Assembly (NCBI GenBank): GCA_019358935.1
Contig: JAHHIK010000069.1
Span: 1 to 43,712, forward strand
DNA from: Tolypothrix carrinoi HA7290-LM1
GTDB taxonomy: Bacteria > Cyanobacteriota > Cyanobacteriia > Cyanobacteriales > Nostocaceae
Direction: 5' to 3'
DNA length: 43,712 nucleotides
Shown here: positions 36,161-43,712 of the stretch, piece by piece
How positions within the stretch are numbered: position 1 is the stretch's first letter
How the letters are laid out: each line of letters opens with the position of its first letter
Translations under genes and position numbers: made by a program
Notes under the pieces: generated by a model
What the model was told of the DNA's origin: nothing
Seen by the model: only the letters and a program-made list of their open reading frames with translations
The model's database searches: none

Positions 36161-36612
36161 TAATAGTAACGTCCACCTTAGAATTGCGGAATTATGGATG
36201 CAGCAAACATTCCTTGCATCTGTGGGTCAGACAGCCACCAACAACAGACTATCCAGAAGTCTTGCTGAATACGTGGGTGATGCTGAAACGAATGGATGGT
36301 ACTGTGCAACTGCGCGGGTTGCTGCTGACACGGTATGGTACGGGAGCCATGCGATAGTGTTCGCGCTCATGGTTTTTTATAGCGAAGTGCGCTGCCGCAA
36401 CTAATGCGATCGCTCATAGTGCGGGGCATCGTCGGTCGCGCTGCACCTTTATCAACAAGGGAGCAAAGTACGATGTTCCTTCATGGACTTTGTGCGATCG
36501 CTCTCCCTTAAACGAGGTAACATTCCCCTTCGATTGGGGCTTTTTGGTATACACCAAACATTCCTTGCATACTGGAGAGAGTACCACCATTCGTGACAGG
36601 CGTTGTTGCATA

Positions 36613-36913
36613 ATGTTAACGGTGCTAACGCCGAATTCGCCTCACAACTGATTGGACTACCTTGCACTAATGGGTAAACTGTACCGCTCCAAATCGATTC
36701 GACTGTGGATTTTATCCAAGTATGTCATTTGTAGCGTTAACAACGTTAACATCTTTAAGTAAGTTTACTTTTTGCGCTCTGGTAATAGTGCGGGTATGAG
36801 TTGAAACTCGATCTTATTGTAGGTTTTGTTGAAGTAAGCACAGTGATGGAATTACACCCCTTGCTGTTAGATTTTACTCTAACGCAAAGTTCAGGCGTTA
36901 ACACCGTTAACAT
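36613..36913. promoter_or_regulatory. Three copies of the 19-bp motif GCGTTA[A/G]CA[A/C]CGTTAACAT
   Basis: Direct copies at 36734-36752 and 36895-36913, inverted copy at 36613-36631. Confidence 0.75.
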
Positions 36914-36960
36914 TGCGATATTCGCCTCCGCTCCGAAAAGCGATTAGCTAAAAGCTTTTA

Positions 36961-36990
36961 GCTAACTGCTAACTGCTAACTGCTAATTGC
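36961..36990. repeat. 7-bp tandem repeat (GCTAACT), STRR-like
   Basis: gctaact gctaact gctaact gctaatt gc. Confidence 0.8.
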
Positions 36991-37626
36991 TTTTTGGTCA
37001 TTTATATTGCTTGCTAGAGTCGGTTCTTTACCGTTACTGTGAATATCGCCGTTAAGCTCTCGAATAGTTGTAGTAACATTGTTATCCAGAGGTAGCCACC
37101 GCGAGCGTCTTTTGTCAGGGTCTTTTTTGTACCACCCAGTTTTCTCTTTTACGAGTTGGTGAAATGGTATGCCTTTTTCTTTCGCTTCCTTATCGAGTGC
37201 GTGGTACGAAAGCTGGTATTTTTCTAGCAATTCGGTTTGAGTGATACCTCCATACCGTTCACCATCGGAAATCGTCTCCCTCAATTTTTCAACTATTTTT
37301 ATTTCGGGTTTGATATCACCAAGCGCTTGTAATATTGCTTGCATTAACTGGTGTAGTGAGTTAACTTGTTGCGTTAGTTGTTTAAAAGCTGCACAATCAG
37401 CACTATCGTTGGTTTGTTCGCTTTGCAGTAATTCTAATTTATTTTCGATAGTGGTAATTCGGTCAACGACAGTCACCTGACTTTTACTGAAGTATTGTGA
37501 GATGGCTTCGTTAATTATTTCGCTCTTTGTCTTCCCGCTCGATTCTGTTAAGGCTGACAATTCTTGCAATAAATCAACAGGTATTCTTGCACCAATATTT
37601 GACTTTGGTGATGCGGAATTGCTCAT
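36976..37626 (-). CDS. CopG/RHH-domain plasmid protein with coiled coil
   Basis: IGARIPVDLLQELSALTESSGKTKSEIINEAISQYF. Confidence 0.8.
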   Translation of the reverse strand: MSNSASPKSNIGARIPVDLLQELSALTESSGKTKSEIINEAISQYFSKSQVTVVDRITTIENKLELLQSEQTNDSADCAAFKQLTQQVNSLHQLMQAILQALGDIKPEIKIVEKLRETISDGERYGGITQTELLEKYQLSYHALDKEAKEKGIPFHQLVKEKTGWYKKDPDKRRSRWLPLDNNVTTTIRELNGDIHSNGKEPTLASNINDQKAISS

Positions 37627-37740
37627 TGCTCGTTAAATAACTAGTTTTGATTAATTAGTACTCTGTATGATTTTAGACCGGAGCAATCTGACGGGTAATT
37701 ACTCGTCAATTACAAAAGCGATAAACCTGCAAGAAACGCA

Positions 37741-38508
37741 CTAATTAATATCGGTTTTATCCAGCAATGACTGTTGGTTTGCTGTATATTGTTGTGTATC
37801 CAGCACGTTTGAGTTCCCGTTTTGCATGGGTTGATTGCTGCTACCGTTTGCTTGGAGTTGAGAATTATTGTGGGAAGTTTTAGCAGACTTCTGGGATTTA
37901 TCACCCGACGTTGAAGAATTAGCAGCATTTGTCCCGTTTGAAGTGCGGGATTTATTTTTTGTAACAGCGCTAGCTGTACTGTTATTATTTATCGCTGGTG
38001 GGTTGGATTGATTTATTGGTGTCGGTGATTGGGGTGTTGCATTCGATGTCGCTTGGTTTGCTACTGGTGCGGGTGGTTGAGTAGTTGCAGTTTCGGTTGC
38101 TTCATTAGTTGCTGGTGCTTGCATGTTGTCAGATTTATTTGAGTTATAATTGGCAGTGGCTTGATTATTTTTCGCTTGCTGACTACTGCTTCGTTTGCGA
38201 TTGATACCTGGGTTTGATTGAGTTGATGCGGGATTATTATTTGCCGTACTTACGTTTTTTGCTCGCGTTTTCAAGAGATAGGATTTAATTGTTGTGGGTT
38301 GGACGTTAACTCCTTCTGATTTAAGAATTGCTGCAACTTCTTGTAGCGTATAACCCACTGCCAGCATTTTATCGATTTGGGTGGAGAGCGCTTGGATAAA
38401 TTGCTGTAGTGTTAGGTTCTTCGGTTGCTTTGCTTTGGCTTCAAGGATGGCACTAACTTTTTTGAGTTTGTTTTTGGAATCGGATATTAATTGTGCGCTG
38501 CGTGCCAT
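37741..38508 (-). CDS. Putative plasmid DNA-binding protein (StbA/MobC-like HTH) with N/Q/T/A-rich tail
   Basis: IDKMLAVGYTLQEVAAILKSEGVNVQPTTIKSYL followed by about 170 aa of low complexity. Confidence 0.6.
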   Translation of the reverse strand: MARSAQLISDSKNKLKKVSAILEAKAKQPKNLTLQQFIQALSTQIDKMLAVGYTLQEVAAILKSEGVNVQPTTIKSYLLKTRAKNVSTANNNPASTQSNPGINRKRSSSQQAKNNQATANYNSNKSDNMQAPATNEATETATTQPPAPVANQATSNATPQSPTPINQSNPPAINNNSTASAVTKNKSRTSNGTNAANSSTSGDKSQKSAKTSHNNSQLQANGSSNQPMQNGNSNVLDTQQYTANQQSLLDKTDIN

Positions 38509-39256
38509 AGTTATATAAATAGTTAAAATATTCTTTCATGCTATTCAAATTTAAATCGACTGCCTAACGTGGAATTACTAAGTTTGAGGAAAAAGCAGTC
38601 TCGTTAGATGTCGGTGAAGATAACTATAAGTATCAGGCTTTTCGAGATTTTAATGGGCTTACTGTTAGTCTCAGTTAGGCTGATTATATGTATATCTACC
38701 GATTTTAGTGGCGTTGTCTGCGAGCATACGCGCTTGAGAAATGTAGAGATTGCGACGAATACGATGGGTGCATTCGCAAAGTGGCAATTTGGTAGCTATA
38801 CACTTTATATAATAAGTTGTTAGTTACGTTTTTATTGGTAGCTATATTTGGAATTGAGCGTGCGTGCGGAGGATATTTATCAGTTCGGAATGGGAGATTA
38901 TTGTCCGAGTGCTGCGTTGCATTCGCTCTCTTTGAATATTTGCTGTGGTTAAGATTCGGTTATTTTTGGGAATATCTTTGTTATCTCAACGGGAGCGGTT
39001 AAGTTTGTCCAACCGCTTGCCCTTGCGTTATAGCATTGTCAAAAGATATGAATGTGGCTGCAAGGTAAGTTGAAAACCACTCGTTGCTTTCATATTAATC
39101 TCAGCTTTAGCGATTATTAAATGCTGGATTTGGTACGGACATACACAATATTTGCTTTAATGAAAGGCGGCTAAATTGGAGTAATCAGTTGTAAATATTG
39201 TGCTTGATTTTATCGTATATTGAGATGCAGCTGAGTTGAAATAACTATTTACTCGC

Positions 39257-40194
39257 ATGACTAATCCTCCAACTGAGTATGATTCGCCCTGGAAGGATAT
39301 TTTACAACTGTACGCAAGAAGAATTTATGCTTTTCTTTTTCCCACTCGAACACCGGGAAATTGATTGGACAAAACAACCAGAATTTCTGGATAAGGAATT
39401 GCAGGAAGTGATACGAGATGCCGAACTAGGAAGGCGGTTTGCGGACAAATTGGTGAAGATTTATCGCACCGGGGGAGAAGAATCCTGGATACTTGTACAT
39501 GTCGAGGTGCTTTCGTCAAGAAGAATCAGATTTTGCGGCTCGTATGTACACGTACAATTATCGCATTTATGATAGGTATAAAAAGTCGGTTGCATCACTT
39601 GCTGTTCTTGGTGACGATAGCGAATCGTGGAGACCCAACCAATTTGGCTACCAATTGTTTGGGTGTACGGTTGACTTTAGGTTTCCCGTGATAAAACTGC
39701 TAGACTACGAGCAAAGGCAATCCGAACTTGAAGCTAGTAGCAACCCGTTTGCGATCATTGTGATGGCACATCTGGCAGCCTTGGAGACTAGCAGCGATAG
39801 ACCGGAACGCAAGCGGCAAAAGCTTACTTTGGTAAAAAGATTATACGACCTAAAATTCAAGCGGGAAGATATCATTAGCTTATTCAAATTTATCGACTGG
39901 ATGATGACCCTTCCGCTTAATTTAGAGGGCGAGTTTTGGCAAGAATATCGTAACTTTGAGGAGTCTAGACGTATGCAGTATGTAACTTCAGTTGAGCGAT
40001 TGGGTATTCGTCAAGGGCTATTGAAAGGCATAGCGTCGAGTTTGAAACTTAAATTTGGCTCGGAGAGTCAAAATTTATTACCAGAAATTGAGACTATTCA
40101 AGATGTAAGCATATTAGAAGCAATTTTGTCTGCGATAGAAACAGCGAACACAGTGGAGGAGTTGCGCTCAATTTATCAGCCAGCAACCGAGTAA
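39257..40194 (+). pseudogene. Rpn/PD-(D/E)XK-family nuclease gene with two frameshifts
   Basis: MTNPPTEYDSPWKDILQLY, shift, EEFMLFFFP..ADKLVK..ILVHVEV, shift, QEESDFAARMYTYNYRI..NPFA..FIDWMM..MQYVTSVER. Confidence 0.85.
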
Positions 40195-40577
40195 TCAGAT
40201 GCTGTCGTGAACGTAAAAATTTTCGTTTCTTACAATTTCAAATTATTTAAGCGGTGGTAGGAGTTGCCTCCGGCTTGGGTTATGCGTGGCTTTTTCTCTT
40301 CATGTTTGTACGTTGGGTTCTTTCAACACAAAACCATTGCTTCATTTGTCGGGTGAGCGATCGCACTCTCGCTCATAAAGAAGGGCGCACTCTTAGGGAG
40401 AACCATAAAAATAAATAGCCCTACGTTGTTCAAATTCTTCTCCCAAGGGGAGACGCTGCGCGAACGTAGGCAAGTGCGGATCTAGGTTTGACGGCTGGGT
40501 ATTTATTTCTTGGTAAGTGCCTTACTGGGTGGTGCATTCGCTTTACACCGGATGGGCATCAAAAAACGCTTTAATGT

Positions 40578-40619
40578 GTGAAGTCTGCCGGACAGAATCC
40601 TCTGTCCGGCGAGCTTCAC
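40578..40619. repeat. 42-bp palindromic mini-element, copy 1
   Basis: gtgaagtctgccggacagaatcctctgtccggcgagcttcac. Confidence 0.75.
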
Positions 40620-40674
40620 GTGATGATTGCTGGAAATGAATTTTTCGTAGAAATTCCCTTTTAAGAGGAAAAAA

Positions 40675-43600
40675 TTAATCTGTAACCAATTCATTTAAAT
40701 CCCAGCACCACTGTTGCCAGCTACCATCTAGGCATTGCAAGTAAGCCGTTGCCGTTCCCAGTACTTTTATAATCCATTCACCAGTTTTTTGAGTCCACCT
40801 CACCACAGCCCCTTCTTGAAGTTGTTTAGCCCAGGTTTTCTCTACAGGCTGGGGAGAATAAATTTCATTGGTGTCCAGCACTTCATCACTGGTGTCCAGC
40901 ACTTCATCACTGGTGTCCAGCACTTCATCACTGGTGTCCAGCACTTTTTGTATTGTTATATTATTAGAATCTGCTGGACACGGTATCATAATGATACATT
41001 TTTCCGACCAAATAAGGGGATTAGCCGTTTCTTGAGATTTCAGAAGTTCGGCAAGCCATTTTTCTGACCACTTGGGGAAAATCTGGACTCGCTCATCGTT
41101 GAGTAATGTTTCATCCAAAGTGTAAGTTCGTAAACGTTTTTCGCCTCGCTTACCCTTTCTTTGTTCACTCGTATATTTCAATGCAACCAATTCTAGAAGG
41201 CGATTGAGCATCCCAATGGGATCTACCACCGTCTCATCATCATGAGTGGGAACGTGGTTATTTAAGTTGATACCGAATATCTTGTGAATATCTCTTCTGA
41301 AACCCAAAACCCATTCCAGGTAACTTAATAATTCTGGACTATCCTTGGTGACTACGATACCCGGTTTTATCCATTCCTCAATTTTGAGCGCCTTAAATGA
41401 AACAACTTGTAATGTGATATTTTTTAGATCCGGGAGATAAATTTGTTCACCACACTCTTGTTGGTGGGAGACTTGCTTGCGGTCGTAAAGTTTTGAGAAT
41501 TCTGGGTTGTGGGTGCGGAAGAAGTCTAGCTGAATGCGGGTGTGATATTTTTTCTCCTCCGTTTTTTTCACCAACTCTGGTGTTATCGGTACAGCACTCG
41601 CATACATCTGCTCCAAGGTGTATTTTTGTTCTTGACATTTTTCCTTTTGTGTTTTTACAATTTTGCTTGCCAGCTCCTCGTATTCCTCTTCAGTTGGTAA
41701 CGGCACTTTACTTACATTTTTGTATTTTGTTTCTTTACGGTCAAGAGAAGTACTTTTGAGTTCTTGCCGAATTAGTGCATCTTTATTTTGTTCAAGTTTA
41801 AGAATATCGACGATCTTTTGTCTTTCTTCATCAAGTTCTGACATTCGCCAATAATCCTCATCCGAACACTCCCGATTATTCAGCGCCTGTAGCTCACTAC
41901 ATATTTCATCTAGTTTCCGGTTTAACTCATTATCACTCTTTACCTCAACTGTGCAGCCCTCTGCATTTAATCCTTCAAACATGCACTCTCCGTAATGCCA
42001 CATGGAAGCATTAATTTCTGCTGCATTTTTAGCCCAAGTTTTAATGTGTGCCGGGTCAAAATGTCCTTTTAGGAAATCATCAACGTTCTGTGATGGTGGA
42101 GTTAGTTCAGCCCGGATTAAATTGTATTTAGCATTATTTATTAGCAACGACACAATCTGTTTGTAGTTGGTGGAACGGATGGATTTATTCACAAAACCTA
42201 CCCCAAGTTTCGCGCACCAAACATGCCTCTCAATTCCTTCCCTGACTCGTGCTAATGCCTGCCGTGCCTCCCAATCAGGAATTACACCAATAAAAATTCC
42301 AAATACTTTATCAAAGTGTCCTTTAACGTCAATTGAAACTCCACTACCAATTGAGGGGCTACAAATTACCACATCCCAATTAGTAATTTGCTCATTAATC
42401 TTGTCAACAAATCCTACTGCTGGATGCCCTAACGTGCTAGTAGTATTGGCATCCACGCACAATATTCTTAAAGTAGGAAATCGTTTTTGGAGTTTTTGAG
42501 TTAAGCCTGTGGTGCTAAATGTACCATCTCTAGAATCAGCGCAAATATAAAGTTTTTCCCCATCCGCAAGAGATTCTTCGAGTTGACGTACTATTCTGCT
42601 GGGATTACGGTAATCATAGAAAACAACTTTGGTCTTAGTTTCTGGTTTGTATTTATTTTCACAAATCCAAGGTTTTGGTTTTATTTCACCTTCAATTAAT
42701 TCAAGTAAATAATCAATAGAGCGGTCAGATAAGTCAGCATCCAGCCCGATTATCAAACCACCAGTGCTAAGTATTGTATTTATGAATTGCTTTAATTTTT
42801 TGAGAATCTCAGTTCGGCGTTGGCGACAAGTAGTGCTATTTAAAACATGCCAAATTACTTGCTCAATTTCGTCGAGAATGAGAATGGCGTTACGGTAATT
42901 CTCTGGATTTAATTTCCAGAGCGAATCGATGCACAACCCGACAAATCTCCTACCAAGAACTGGGTCTTTATCGCTGATCCACGTAAGTCCTAGTCGGTCG
43001 CAAAGGTGTCTTCCTAGCTGAATGCGATGAGTCAATGAAATAATTGGTCTGCCGATTCCAATCGCTTCGGTGACTAATTTATCTAGGCTTTCAGTTTTGC
43101 CTGAGCCTTTGGGTGCTTTAACAAATGCTAATCCGCTTGATGGAAAGGGTAATTCACGTGAAGCTCGCTCCCACGAATCCTCTGTCCGGCAGACTTCACC
43201 CAAGTAGCGTTGATTTAAAATTAAATTTGGTTCATAAGTAAGTCCAGAAGCTTGATTTGTGATTCGGTAAAGTCTTAAGTGTTGAGCTTCTTGATAAAGT
43301 TCTTCAAACGCCTCGTGACCGTGGGCAACAATCCAATCATCACAGCCCTTCTTTTCACCATTAAGCTGGATAACTCTAACTGTGCTATGGTCAGACTCAA
43401 ACAGTTTCCCTAATCGACAGGTGGCAATAACGACGTTATGCTTTGTCGCCGGCTTTGGATCATTGTCAAAACAGATGAAAATCTCCCTGCCGTCAGCGAA
43501 TGGCTCTAAATCTGGAATTAAGTGATAATTATTTTGCCCACCGGACTCTTGTTTACGATATCCGGAGTTAATTCCAGGTAGTCCTACAGCTGCATAACCC

Positions 43601-43712
43601 GCCGTCAACAAGGCTCCTGCTTTTTTGGCTCCCTCAGTAATGATAAGTGGAATTTCTTCAGATAGTACCCAAGCCCAAAAACCGATTGCCTCGCCTAGAG
43701 AATCTACCACAA
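40675..43712 (-). CDS. Plasmid replication protein, CyRepA1 family (DUF3854 primase-like plus helicase-like), about 1169 aa with the wrapped N-terminus
   Basis: ITEGAKKA and ICFDND..KGCDD toprim-like motifs; KAPKGSGKT Walker A; LILDEIEQV; SPSIGSGVSID; QALARVR. Confidence 0.93.
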   Translation of the reverse strand, partial: VVDSLGEAIGFWAWVLSEEIPLIITEGAKKAGALLTAGYAAVGLPGINSGYRKQESGGQNNYHLIPDLEPFADGREIFICFDNDPKPATKHNVVIATCRLGKLFESDHSTVRVIQLNGEKKGCDDWIVAHGHEAFEELYQEAQHLRLYRITNQASGLTYEPNLILNQRYLGEVCRTEDSWERASRELPFPSSGLAFVKAPKGSGKTESLDKLVTEAIGIGRPIISLTHRIQLGRHLCDRLGLTWISDKDPVLGRRFVGLCIDSLWKLNPENYRNAILILDEIEQVIWHVLNSTTCRQRRTEILKKLKQFINTILSTGGLIIGLDADLSDRSIDYLLELIEGEIKPKPWICENKYKPETKTKVVFYDYRNPSRIVRQLEESLADGEKLYICADSRDGTFSTTGLTQKLQKRFPTLRILCVDANTTSTLGHPAVGFVDKINEQITNWDVVICSPSIGSGVSIDVKGHFDKVFGIFIGVIPDWEARQALARVREGIERHVWCAKLGVGFVNKSIRSTNYKQIVSLLINNAKYNLIRAELTPPSQNVDDFLKGHFDPAHIKTWAKNAAEINASMWHYGECMFEGLNAEGCTVEVKSDNELNRKLDEICSELQALNNRECSDEDYWRMSELDEERQKIVDILKLEQNKDALIRQELKSTSLDRKETKYKNVSKVPLPTEEEYEELASKIVKTQKEKCQEQKYTLEQMYASAVPITPELVKKTEEKKYHTRIQLDFFRTHNPEFSKLYDRKQVSHQQECGEQIYLPDLKNITLQVVSFKALKIEEWIKPGIVVTKDSPELLSYLEWVLGFRRDIHKIFGINLNNHVPTHDDETVVDPIGMLNRLLELVALKYTSEQRKGKRGEKRLRTYTLDETLLNDERVQIFPKWSEKWLAELLKSQETANPLIWSEKCIIMIPCPADSNNITIQKVLDTSDEVLDTSDEVLDTSDEVLDTNEIYSPQPVEKTWAKQLQEGAVVRWTQKTGEWIIKVLGTATAYLQCLDGSWQQWCWDLNELVTD
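40869..40981. repeat. 21-bp tandem repeat (3.7 copies), AT-rich spacer and inverted core, within the rep 3' end
   Basis: tggtgtccagcacttcatcac x3 plus a partial copy (VLDTSDE); inverted tgctggacac at 40972. Confidence 0.9.
43158..43199. repeat. 42-bp palindromic mini-element, copy 2, in-frame insertion in rep
   Basis: gtgaagctcgctcccacgaatcctctgtccggcagacttcac; removing it leaves YLGELPFP. Confidence 0.75.

Noticed and set aside
36198..36667. ORFs 36198..36404, 36414..36611 and 36452..36667
   Set aside because: Short and without recognisable motifs; the region is better explained as oriT and regulatory DNA
38608..39002. ORFs 38608..38823 and 38817..39002
   Set aside because: No convincing RBS or family features; probably spurious
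40439..40467. Short repeat-like ttctcccaaggggagacgctgcgcgaacg
   Set aside because: Resembles cyanobacterial dispersed repeats, but I see only one copy here, so the window cannot support it
40869..40946. Possible CRISPR array
   Set aside because: Contiguous 21-bp tandem units with no unique spacers, in frame within rep; no cas genes seen

Overview
This window appears to be a complete circular cyanobacterial plasmid of about 43.6 kb. Bases 1-105 repeat 43608-43712, the replication gene reads in frame across that junction, and HIP1 sites (GCGATCGC) are frequent. The backbone has a CyRepA1-type primase-helicase Rep (about 1169 aa), ParA plus a partner gene, and a tyrosine recombinase with an adjacent res-like palindrome. 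It also has a MOBP relaxase with a nested overprinted gene, MobC and several RHH regulators, but no recognisable T4SS. At 3.1-9.5 kb is a rightward operon of small and membrane proteins, including a hidden PatX-like HRGGGRR peptide. It contains a membrane-anchored P-loop ATPase followed by a cluster of oriented GCGGTCAG repeats, reminiscent of Streptomyces TraB/clt. The main cargo is a 17 kb, 11-gene locus at 14.5-31.8 kb. It encodes a coiled-coil protein, a tandem SpoVK/CbbX AAA+, a Zn-knuckle coiled coil, three paralogous TRAFAC GTPases with two GAP1-like partners, a degenerate Hsp70, an NB-ARC-TPR-coiled-coil NLR and an orphan NrdG-like radical SAM enzyme. A Bell-like gene flanks the locus, and its C-terminal motif resembles the NLR N-terminus, making them a candidate amyloid-signalling pair. 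I propose this locus as a multicomponent NTPase conflict/immunity system. Two MITEs, an IS5 remnant, a 42-bp palindromic mini-element (one copy in frame inside rep) and frameshifted PIN and Rpn toxin-like genes are also present. Family assignments come from motif recognition by eye; no database searches were run.
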